NCBI GenBank assembly: GCA_963575745.1
Contig: CAUYUJ010000004.1
Location: forward strand, 124,001 to 188,000
DNA from: Prorocentrum cordatum
Lineage: Eukaryota
Length of the DNA stretch: 64,000 nucleotides
Direction: 5' to 3'
The position numbers and the translations under genes were made by a program. The notes under the pieces were generated by a model that saw only the letters and a program-made list of their open reading frames with translations, did not search any database and was not told the DNA's origin. Positions 37,583-47,244 of this stretch are shown piece by piece. Numbering within the stretch: position 1 is the stretch's first letter; each line of letters begins with the position of its first letter.

Positions 37583-37611
37583 CTTGAGCCAGGCTTGAGC
37601 CAGGCTGCGGA
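37583..37611 (-). other. Tandem relict spliced leader on the minus strand
   Basis: Minus strand reads TCCGCAGCCTGGCTCAAGCCTGGCTCAAG. Confidence 0.75.
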
Positions 37612-38367
37612 CGCTGGTGGGGAGACGCGAAGCGTCTAGAATTCCTCAGGCAGCACCTTTCAGCGGCCAGGCGACAGCCAGAGGGTGACCGCGAACCGGT
37701 CTTCATCGCTAGCATCAACGCGTTGCATCAGCGGACCAATCGCCCTGCCCACCCCCTGGTACATCCAGGAAAAGTCAGCCCCCTGGCATATCCAGGAACA
37801 GTCAGGTTCTACCGATCACAAGCTGCCTGGGGCGGCCTCCTGCAGGCTTTCCGACCTGCGGCTTCTTTTGGGCCGTCCCTTCAGAAAAAGTCTCCAGGCT
37901 TATCATGCCGTTCAACGCGCGGCACACCAGTGTTGGCGCCCTTTCTCTCCAGTGGGCTCCGTGGACAACTGGCACCCGTTCCGTTGCCTTTTTGTTAGGC
38001 CGCCGCGGGGTGTGCCCCAAGGTGGCGCTGTAACTGTCAGGGCGCCGTGTCACGTAGACCAAAGCGTGTGTACAGCTGGCGTCCGTCTGTCCGTGGGCGT
38101 GCAAATGGGGAGAGTCTCGCCATTTTCACTGCTTCCCGCTTTTGTTTTCCAGTCGGGGTCGCCACATACCGTGCCAGGGGAGGAGAGGGTAGTTTCCCCC
38201 GCCCCTGCTTCTCATGCGGGCCTCCCGCCGCAACAGGTGGGTGGGCGGGGCGGGGGCGAGTGCCCCACGCGCCTGGACGGGTTGCGATCTCCTCCTCCCT
38301 TTCCTCCTTCTCTTCCCTCGCTCCCTCCTTCCCTCCGTCACTCCTTCCTTCGCTCCTGCCCGCCTAG

Positions 38368-38441
38368 GTGATGGCCTTCCACGGCGAGCGCGACAGGCAG
38401 TGCCCGTTGGAGGCTGCGAGGGCTGGCTACGAGGGATTGAG
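38368..38441 (+). CDS. Exon of the carboxylesterase gene with the H-G-x-x-D catalytic Asp motif
   Basis: Pyrimidine-rich acceptor ...cgcctAG|GTG; translates VMAFHGERDRQCPLEAARAGYEGL(R); AG|GC donor at 38442. Confidence 0.75.
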
Positions 38442-38835
38442 GCGCCCCAAGCGGAGGGAGCGGGGCAGGAGGGGGCGGGAGGAGGAGGAGGAGGAGGAGG
38501 ACGAAAGGAAAAGGATGAGGAGGAAATTCTTCACGCTTCGCGTATCCCCACCAGCCCATCTCAAAACAGCAACTCTTGCGAAGCATGCCGACAGTCGTGT
38601 TTTTCAGGCGTGTTTCCGCCTGCCCCCGCATATCTCCCCTGTTCCTCCTTCCTCCCGCCTCCTTGTACATCCTCCTTGTGGTGGGAGCGGGAGAAGGACG
38701 AGGCGGAGGAGGAGGGAGAGAAAGCGGTGGGAGGCAAGAGGGATTTAGCGGAGACGACGACCACAGCGATGATCCTAACAACGACGACGCACCCGACGAC
38801 GACGACGATATCGACCGCGACGACGACGACGACCA

Positions 38836-38867
<32 letters not shown>

Positions 38868-38893
38868 TCGACGACGACGACGACGAAGGCGGC

Positions 38894-38925
<32 letters not shown>

Positions 38926-38926
<1 letters not shown>

Positions 38927-39539
38927 TGGTGGGAGTCGTTGGGGCCCCTCGTGGTGTGAGTCGTTCGGCCCCATCGTCCTTGTGTGAGTCCTTCGGGCCC
39001 CTCTTCCTGGTGTGAGTCGTTCGGGCTCCTCGTGGTGTGAGTCGTTCGGGCCCCTCGTCCTGGTGTGAGCCGTTCGGGCTCCTCGTGGTTCGAGTCGTTC
39101 GGGCCTCTCGTCCTGGTGTGAGTCGTTCGGGCCCTTCTTCCTGGTGTGAGTCGTTCGGGCTCTTCGTGGTGTGAGTCGTTCGGGCTCTTCGTCCTGGTGT
39201 GAGTCGTTCGGGCTTCTCGTGGTGTGAGTTGTTCGGGCCCCTCGTCCTGGTGTGAGTCGTTCGGGCCCCTCCTCCTGGTGTGACTCGTTCGGGCTCCTCG
39301 TGGTGTGAGTCGTTCGGGGCCCTCGTCCTGGTGTGAGTCGTTCGGGCTCCTCGTGGTGTGAGTCGTTCGGGCGCCTCGTCCTGGTGTGAGTCGTCGGGCC
39401 CTTCCTTCTGGTGTGAGTCGTTCGGGCTCTTCGTGGTGTGAGTCGTTCGGGCCCCTCGTCCTGGTGTGAGTCGTTCGGGCTCCTCGTGGTGTGAGGCGTT
39501 CGGGCACCTCGTCCTGGTGCGAGTCGTTCGGGCCCCTCG

Positions 39540-39540
<1 letters not shown>
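38926..39540. repeat. 25/28-bp minisatellite TGGTGTGAGTCGTTCGGGC(T/C)CCTCG(TCC)
   Basis: About 23 adjacent units with no unique spacers. Confidence 0.92.
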
Positions 39541-40070
<530 letters not shown>

Positions 40071-40529
40071 CTACAGTCGAACAGCTATCTCCGAACAGCA
40101 ACCCCAGCGAAGCATGCCGACAGTCGTTTGGTGCAGGCGTGTGTCTGCCTGCCTTCGCATATATCCTCTGTTCCTATTTCCTTCTGCCTCCTTGTACATC
40201 CTCCTTGTGGGGGAGCGCGAGGAGGACGAGTCGGAGGAGGAGGAGGGAGTGAAGGAGTTGGGAGGCAAGACAGAGGGCGGTCGTCGTCGAGTCCAGCGAT
40301 CTCCCCCGACCAGTTGTGCAGCGAACGTGGCTCGGCACGGATGCGCAGGACTCCCTCATCGCAAGGTGTGGGAACCATGCGCGTGATCTCTGCGCCGCTC
40401 GTAATGGCAAGGTGTGGTAACCCATCCGCGACGACGACGACGATGGCGAGCGATGAGGGCGACGACGACGACGACGGCGACGACGACGGGTCAACCAATA
40501 GGGCGTTTCTGGGCATTTCTCTCTGAAGG

Positions 40530-40687
40530 TGCTGGGAAGTTTGTAGTTTTACATATATATGTGATTATAGAGAATATAATCAGACTGTCCTGGAGGATCC
40601 AGGAAATCCTGCAGCCCTTTGTTGCTCGAGGAAAAGAGCGACCCTCACCTCCCCCCTTTCTCCGCGAGGGGGGTGGGTGCGCGTGCA
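40530..40687 (+). repeat. 5' LTR (158 bp)
   Basis: TGCTGGGAAG...GCGCGTGCA; identical by eye to 47456-47613. Confidence 0.96.
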
Positions 40688-40699
40688 TGGTAGCGGAGC
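40688..40699 (+). promoter_or_regulatory. Primer-binding site (initiator tRNA-Met type)
   Basis: TGGTAGCGGAGC immediately after the LTR; complementary to a tRNA 3' end ...GCUCCGCUACCA. Confidence 0.85.
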
Positions 40700-41119
40700 T
40701 CGCTTGAGGTTCGCGGGCCGCTCCGCACCCCAGCGAGCTCCAGGAGCCCCTCGAGAGGGCCCAGCGGCGCGACGCCGCGGGTCCGGCAGCCAGCGGGACG
40801 ATCCACGCGGCTGCCGAACGAAGTACCCCTTGCTGGTCAGAGCTGCGGTCAGACCCGCGCTCTGGCAGCGGAGGCCAGCCAGCCAACAAGGGCAAGGGCA
40901 AGGCCACGCTGAAGGCCAAGAAGCCGAACAAGCGAGGAGGCAGAGCGGCGGACACGCGTGAGCACCGCCAGCTACGAGGGACCGCTTTTAGGAAGCTTGC
41001 GGCGTGCGGCAGCAAGGCGAAGCTCACTCAGGAGGAGCGAGCAGCAGTGAAGAGGCAGCTGGCGAGCGACATCGAGAGGCTGGAGAAGCGTGTCACTGAC
41101 GTGCTCGACGACGACCAAG

Positions 41120-44100
41120 ATGGAGCAGCAGCTGCAGCAACTGGTCGATCAAGTTCAGAGACTGACGACGGAGAGTCAGAACATGAGGCAGGAGCTTCAG
41201 AACAGGGACGTGCAGATCGCAGAGATGAGAGGACAACTGCAGGGTCAGCAGCAGGCTCAGCAGCAGGCTCAGCAGCAGCGGGTAGCCCCGCGCGGCGAGA
41301 TGATGGATCCGAAGATCCTTCACAAGGTGAAGCCGTTCGACGGCCAAAGGTCAAGCTGGAAGACGTTCAGCTTCCAGTACAGAGCGTACCTGATCGCGCA
41401 GGATCGGAGGTACCGAGATCTTCTGGAAAGGTGCGAGGACGGAGCCCAGGAGGTGGACAACGTCAACCTGGACCCGCAGGAGGAAGAACTCAGCACGCAG
41501 TTGTACTACGGCCTGGTCCTGGCCATGCCCGAGGACTCGGTGGGCGAGCTGATCGTGAGGAACAGCCCAGTAGGAGAAGGAGCCGAGTGTTGGAGGAAGC
41601 TTCAGAAGGAGTACAACCCGAGCGAGGCAGGCAACGTACTGGCGATGTGGACCAAGCTCACGGACACGAAGTTCGACGCCAAGGAAGACGTGATGGTGAG
41701 CATCAGCAAGCTGGACGAGGACATGGCGAGGTACCAGAAGATGGCAGGAGAGGCCGTCTCGGACCTGATCAAGCGCGGCATCCTCACAAAGGCGCTGAAG
41801 GATCACGACGAGCTCCAGAAGCACGTGTTTCGGAACAGCAGTCGGTTAAGTACGTACGAGCTTCTGAGAGCCGAGGTGGTGTCGGCGTTGGCGGCAGAGC
41901 GAGCGGTTCAGGACGACCCGATGGAGATCGGAGCGCTGAAGGGCGGAAAGAGACCGTGGAAAGGCCGCGGCAAAGGGAAAGACGGCAAAGGCAAGGAGAA
42001 GCCACCGAATCCCGACGCCGAGATCGAGTGCCACTACTGCCACAAGAAGGGTCACCGCAGCGCAAACTGCCGAAAGCGGATCGCCGACGAGAAGAAGACA
42101 CCCGAGAAGGACAAGAAGGACAAGAAGCAGTTCCGAAAAGAGAAGGCAAAAGAAAAGAAGAAGATCGGGGCAGCGGCAGTCAGGGAGCTCGAAAGGTTAC
42201 GACAGACAGGAGTGGGCACAGGATCAAGCTCGACAGCACCGACACAACAGATGCTAGGAAGTCAGGGAAGCGCCGACAGCGCGATGACTCAGCAGGTGCT
42301 GCGCCCAGTCAACTGTGCGCTGCGAGCGAAGATGATTCTGGCCCTGAGGGCAGAGGTCACAAGAAGCGCAGCCACACGATCGACTGGAAGTACTGCTTGC
42401 CTAGCTACTACCAATATGTATGCTGCTCTTGCAAGAAGACCTTTGAAGGACGGCGATGGCACTACGATCAGTGGAAGCTGGACTACTGTGCCGTGTGTGC
42501 CGAGTACTGCCTGGACGGCCTCAAGGACGGGGAAGAGCCAGACGACGACAAGAAGCCAAAGAAGCGCAAGAAAGGCTAGATTCGTCGCTGACGACCGTCA
42601 GTGCTGCGATATGCCAGCTGCGGTGAGCCCCGCGCTGGCCGGCCCCAGGCCTGTTACCATCGCTGGTCTTCGGCCCGTGGATGAAGATCAGAGCCCTGCG
42701 GATGACCGATTGCGGTTAGCCCCGCTTCGGAATGCGATCATGCTCGATTCAGGTGCGCAGATCAGTGCGATACCGAGGTCACAGGTGACCAAGCACAACT
42801 ACACGCCGACGGACAGCAACGTTGTCGGCTTGAAGGGCATAGGAGGCGAGGAGATCGAGAGGTACGGCCACGTGGAGCTGAACCTATCCCGAGGAGGAGA
42901 GGTTATTCAAGTCGGTGCTGAGGTTGCCGATGTGGAGTACCCAGTTGTGGCTACAGACGCTGTAGTACAACGTGGTCAGAGTGTTCTTCATAGCCCTGCA
43001 GGTCACTGGATCATCAACGGTACCATCGAGCCACCTGATGGAGCTGAGTTCGTACCTCTACGTCGTCACCAAGGCAACTACTACTTAGAGTACGATCACA
43101 TCATCGACGGCCAGACTCAACCAGAAGCTTCAAAGGTAGCTGCGGTACGAAAGACACTACCAAGGAAGGTACCAGCTGAACAGGAAGCTGGAGCTTTGCC
43201 GAAGGTTCTAGGTCCCGAAGCTGATGAGACCACAACTGTGCCAACGAGAGTGTTGAAGACTCCTCACCAACCTAGTGCTGCGGAGAGAGCCGCGCACGAA
43301 GGGCATCATCTACCTTTTCGGCCTTGGTGTCCCATCTGCGTGCAGGCTCGAGCAGACGATGACCCCCACCACGCTCAGGAACCAGCTGATGAGAACAAGA
43401 TCCCGAAGGTGGTGTTCGACATCTTTTACGTAGGGACAGACCAGCTGGCTGCGAAGTACAAGCTTAAAGGAGGTTACTTCAGCATCAGGGAGAAGACGTC
43501 GGTCACGAAGGCCGAGTTAGACCAAGCGGTCTCTGTCTTGAATGTTATCGACTGTAAGATCTTGGCTCAGGCGACGTTGTACGCGAACAAGGAGACGGAT
43601 GACTACAAGGTGTCCTTCCTGCTAGGCGTGCTGGAAGCTTGGGGTCACACAACAGTCATACTTCAGACAGACCAGGAGCCTGCCACCATGGCTCTGGCGC
43701 AGGCAGTTCGAGATCGCAGATCACACTCAACCTTGGTGCGGGGATCACCGCCCTTTTCCAAGCAGAGTGCAGGCTACGCTGAAGGAGGTAACAAGCTAGC
43801 AGCTGGTCTACTTCGAGCCTACAAGCTGAAGCTGGAGCACAAGCTGGGCAGCGAGATCAAGATGACGGATCCGATCGTGCCATGGCTTGTGAACTCAGTG
43901 GGGTGGATGATCACCAGATTCCAGCCTCGCAGTCACGGAGGTTCCTCCTACAAGATGCTCTACGGCAAAGAGTACAACGGCGAGATTGCGGAGATGGGTG
44001 AGCAGGTCTGGTATCGGATCTCAGCCCGAGTTGCCGCGGGACGTGGCAAATGGGAAGCCCGCTTCGCAAAAGGAATCTGGGTTGGTAAGAGCGAGCTGGA

Positions 44101-44839
44101 CGACGCACATCTCGTGATCGATCCTGAACGTGGAGTGCAGAAGGTGAGAACGGTGCGAAGGATGCCTGAGGAGTTCAGGTGGCAGCCCGAGCTCATCCAG
44201 CACATCAGGGTGACGCCCTGGAAGCAGACGCCCGACAAGAGTTCAGGAACGATCGGACGCAGCATGTACATCACGGAGCGCATGATCGATGCTCATGGTC
44301 CTACCGACGATTGCAGGAAGTGCAGTACAGGATACGGTTCGCATTCGGCATCCTGCCGACAGCGTTTCGAGACCATTCAGGCCGACTTGCTGCGCGAGAA
44401 GTTGGCGAAGGACCCTGTGGCCCCTGAGGCTACAGTCGTGGTGCCAGCGCCGGCTGCGGGAAGCCCCGCGCCTGGAGCCGCACCCGGAGGAGCAGCGGCA
44501 TCAAGCAGCAGTGAGGTTGCGGTGAGCCCCGCACCTGCTGCCAGTGACGTAGCTATGGTTCCTGGCCCAGGAGAGGCTGAGGTGCAGACAGCCATGGACA
44601 CGGAGAGTGGAGAGCTCAGGAGCGACTTTCGGCGAAGCGCCCCAGGTGAAGTTCGTGAAGGAGCTGAGGTCAAGAAGCCCAGGGTAGCAAGCATTGGGCA
44701 TCTCTCTGTCTGTGAGTTGGCAGTCTGCGAGGAGGGCTACGACGAGAGCTTCGACCCCATGTGGGATCCACACCCAAAGCGCAGTGCGAGATGTTCCGAG
44801 AGGTGTGAGAAGCACTCATCACGATGCCAGCTACGATAA
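41120..44839 (+). CDS. Copia Gag-protease-integrase polyprotein, ending at a single in-frame TAA
   Basis: ATG at 41120; Gag PFDGQRSSW and AECWRKLQKEY; CCHC knuckle CHYCHKKGHRSANC; aspartic protease IMLDSGA; integrase H-x3-H...CPIC and D(VFDIF)-D(QTDQE)-E(GYAE). Confidence 0.93.
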   Translation: MEQQLQQLVDQVQRLTTESQNMRQELQNRDVQIAEMRGQLQGQQQAQQQAQQQRVAPRGEMMDPKILHKVKPFDGQRSSWKTFSFQYRAYLIAQDRRYRDLLERCEDGAQEVDNVNLDPQEEELSTQLYYGLVLAMPEDSVGELIVRNSPVGEGAECWRKLQKEYNPSEAGNVLAMWTKLTDTKFDAKEDVMVSISKLDEDMARYQKMAGEAVSDLIKRGILTKALKDHDELQKHVFRNSSRLSTYELLRAEVVSALAAERAVQDDPMEIGALKGGKRPWKGRGKGKDGKGKEKPPNPDAEIECHYCHKKGHRSANCRKRIADEKKTPEKDKKDKKQFRKEKAKEKKKIGAAAVRELERLRQTGVGTGSSSTAPTQQMLGSQGSADSAMTQQVLRPVNCALRAKMILALRAEVTRSAATRSTGSTACLATTNMYAALARRPLKDGDGTTISGSWTTVPCVPSTAWTASRTGKSQTTTRSQRSARKARFVADDRQCCDMPAAVSPALAGPRPVTIAGLRPVDEDQSPADDRLRLAPLRNAIMLDSGAQISAIPRSQVTKHNYTPTDSNVVGLKGIGGEEIERYGHVELNLSRGGEVIQVGAEVADVEYPVVATDAVVQRGQSVLHSPAGHWIINGTIEPPDGAEFVPLRRHQGNYYLEYDHIIDGQTQPEASKVAAVRKTLPRKVPAEQEAGALPKVLGPEADETTTVPTRVLKTPHQPSAAERAAHEGHHLPFRPWCPICVQARADDDPHHAQEPADENKIPKVVFDIFYVGTDQLAAKYKLKGGYFSIREKTSVTKAELDQAVSVLNVIDCKILAQATLYANKETDDYKVSFLLGVLEAWGHTTVILQTDQEPATMALAQAVRDRRSHSTLVRGSPPFSKQSAGYAEGGNKLAAGLLRAYKLKLEHKLGSEIKMTDPIVPWLVNSVGWMITRFQPRSHGGSSYKMLYGKEYNGEIAEMGEQVWYRISARVAAGRGKWEARFAKGIWVGKSELDDAHLVIDPERGVQKVRTVRRMPEEFRWQPELIQHIRVTPWKQTPDKSSGTIGRSMYITERMIDAHGPTDDCRKCSTGYGSHSASCRQRFETIQADLLREKLAKDPVAPEATVVVPAPAAGSPAPGAAPGGAAASSSSEVAVSPAPAASDVAMVPGPGEAEVQTAMDTESGELRSDFRRSAPGEVREGAEVKKPRVASIGHLSVCELAVCEEGYDESFDPMWDPHPKRSARCSERCEKHSSRCQLR

Positions 44840-46207
44840 TGCCACCAAGCTGAGTGTGCATGCAGGAGATGTTTGATGAGCCACATCGGCACAATCAGGA
44901 GCCACTTCGGAGATCCTGAGGAGCAGCAGGTGGAGCAGATGGTTGAGGTGAGCGCCGAGCTGCATGAGAAAGACCAGTGGAGCCCAAAGACGATACACTA
45001 TGATTACTACACTGGAGAGCCTCTGGATGAGGACCTGTATCAGAAGGGTCGCGACGACGAGCTGCAGGCCATGAAGGACTACGGGGTCTACGTGGAAGTG
45101 GCGACATCGACGGCGACCGACGGCAAGCACATTGGAGGTTTCCCGATAGCCCACATGAAAGAAGGAAAGGTCAGGTGGAGGTTCGTAGCGACCGAGGTGA
45201 ACAAGTACGAGGTCAGGGAGGACAACCACCAAGGCACGCCCCCGCTCATGATCGTCAGAGCGACGCTGAGCCGTGCCGCTTCAAGTCCAACTTCCAGCGG
45301 GCAGCACCTGCGGAAGATACAAGTCTGGGACGTCAGGAAGGCTTTCTTCAACGCTGACTTAGACGAGACGATCTACGTGCATCCTGGGAGAGAGCTGTGT
45401 CCGCCTGGAAGGTGCTGGTGGTTACGCAAGGCCATGAACGGTACCAGGAAGGCGTCGCAGATGTGGGGTGAGCTTGTGAGAACTACTATGGACGACGGCC
45501 ATTGGGAATGCTTGGTTGGAACTCCTAACGTGTTCTACTTACCTGCTAGCCCCAACACAGCCCCCTTCGACGAGGATAGCACAGCGATCTGCCATGGCGA
45601 TGACTTTCTTGCTGAAGGCTACGACGAGCAGCTGGACGAGCTGGACGAGTTGTTGAAGCAGCAGTTTGAGGTCACGGCCAGCGCCAGACTTGGACCAGGA
45701 GCGGTGGGGCAGACTACATACCTCAAGAGGACGATCGGCTACACCGACAAGTTGCCAGGTTGCGAGGAGCCAGGTTTCTTCTGGACTGCCGATCCCAAGC
45801 ATGTGGACTTCATGATCAAGTGGACGCAGAAGCGAGGTTGTAAACCAGCTCCCACTCCAGGGACGAAAGCTACAGGACAAGGCCGACGAGACAGCCTAGA
45901 CCTTCTTTCCAAGGATCGTGCTCGAGAAGTGGCGGGTGCAGCTGGCACCGCTCTTTACCTTTCTTCGGACAGGCCCGACACGATGTACGCCAGCAAGACA
46001 GCGATGCAGCACGTCTCCAACCCGAACGTCTTGATGCATGCGCGTGTTCAGCGACTTGGAAGGTACTACGAAGGACAGCCTGTGTTGGTCTGGTGTTACC
46101 CACTTCAAGGTACTCCTGAAGGCATTCGTGTAGATGGTGACGCGGATTGGGCACCTACGAGTGAACTACAGCGGCGATCTACCAGTGGAGGAGCTGTGAG
46201 GTATGGG
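44840..46207 (+). CDS. Copia reverse transcriptase and start of RNase H, in the same frame as Gag-IN
   Basis: DVRKAFFNADL, LRKAMNGTRKA, ICHGDDFL (YxDD equivalent), VDGDADWA...RRSTSGG. Confidence 0.93.
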
Positions 46208-47244
46208 ATCACACTTGGGACTGCTACTCAGTGACGCAGAGTACGATAGCCCTAAGTTCAGGGGAATCCGAGATGTACGCTACGGGAAGTGCGACAGCCA
46301 GAGGACTTCAGTGTAAGACTTACCTGATCGAGACCCAGAGGCCCTGCAACCTGAAGATCTATAGTGACAGCACAGCTGGACGTGGCATGTGCAGTCGAGT
46401 TGGGGTGGGCAAGGTCAGGCACCTGGAGTTGAGGTACTTGTGGATTCAGGAGCGGTTGCGTCTCAAGGCGTTCGAGCTGCACAAGGAGGACACCAGCAAG
46501 ATGACAGCCGACATGCTCACGAAGTACAGCGAGTGGCCGACAATCGAGAAGCATTGCACCACTCTCAACCTCAGGTTCGGAAAGCAGTTGAAGGGCTTGA
46601 GCGCAATGGCAGTTTTCACGGAGGTCGTGACGAAGGCGTCAGGCGAGAAGGTGACAGTGTACGGAGGTTCTGACGAGGTTGCGGTTTGCCCCGCGCCTGT
46701 CAGCCACTACGTGGACAGCGAGGAGTTCTGGTTCTTCCTGAAGTTGGGACTAGTTGTGGTGACTGCAGCCAGTGCTTTCTTACTGGGGTGCTGGTGTGGT
46801 TGTTACTTCAAGGACTTCTACGACAAGTTCCTCCTCCAGGGTGCGGTTGACCCCGCCTCTGGAAGCACGTGTATACCATCTGCGCGGGCTGAGGCCGAGT
46901 TCAAGACCGTGTGTGTACAGCAGGACAAAGGAGCAAGGCACAAGCTCTTAAGCACGTTTCTTGTAGCTGAGCTGCGAGCTGTCTTGAAGGCCAAGAGCCT
47001 GGCCGTGTCAGGGATCAAGGAGGACCTGGTCACGAGGATGATCAAGCACGGATGCGTTCTGTCGGATCGCCAGGCCAAGGAGATCGAGCAGCTGCGAGTG
47101 ATGGCTACAGCGCGAGGACCTCTTACCAAGCTCAGCTTGCAGGACATCAGCAGTCCAGAGGCCGCGCAGAAGTGGATCGAGACGTTCAAGAGCGAGTGCG
47201 GAGACCGTTCCAGAGGCTCTCAGGTGATCCACGGAGAGGGCTAG
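46207..47244 (+). CDS. Remainder of RNase H after a 1-nt frameshift, plus a ~220-aa extension with a TM helix and SAP-like motif
   Basis: DHTWDCYSVTQSTIALSSGESE, IYSDS, RHLELRYLWIQE, ADMLTK; then FWFFLKLGLVVVTAASAFLLGCWCGCYF and LSTFLVAELRAVLKAKSLAVSGIKEDLVTRM. Confidence 0.88.
   Translation, partial: DHTWDCYSVTQSTIALSSGESEMYATGSATARGLQCKTYLIETQRPCNLKIYSDSTAGRGMCSRVGVGKVRHLELRYLWIQERLRLKAFELHKEDTSKMTADMLTKYSEWPTIEKHCTTLNLRFGKQLKGLSAMAVFTEVVTKASGEKVTVYGGSDEVAVCPAPVSHYVDSEEFWFFLKLGLVVVTAASAFLLGCWCGCYFKDFYDKFLLQGAVDPASGSTCIPSARAEAEFKTVCVQQDKGARHKLLSTFLVAELRAVLKAKSLAVSGIKEDLVTRMIKHGCVLSDRQAKEIEQLRVMATARGPLTKLSLQDISSPEAAQKWIETFKSECGDRSRGSQVIHGEG

Noticed and set aside
35469..37718. 749-aa minus-strand ORF and 472-aa ORF 35290-36708
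   Set aside because: They run through (TA)n/(TGTA)n, a foldback element and ultra-GC sequence; open frames are expected from the composition.
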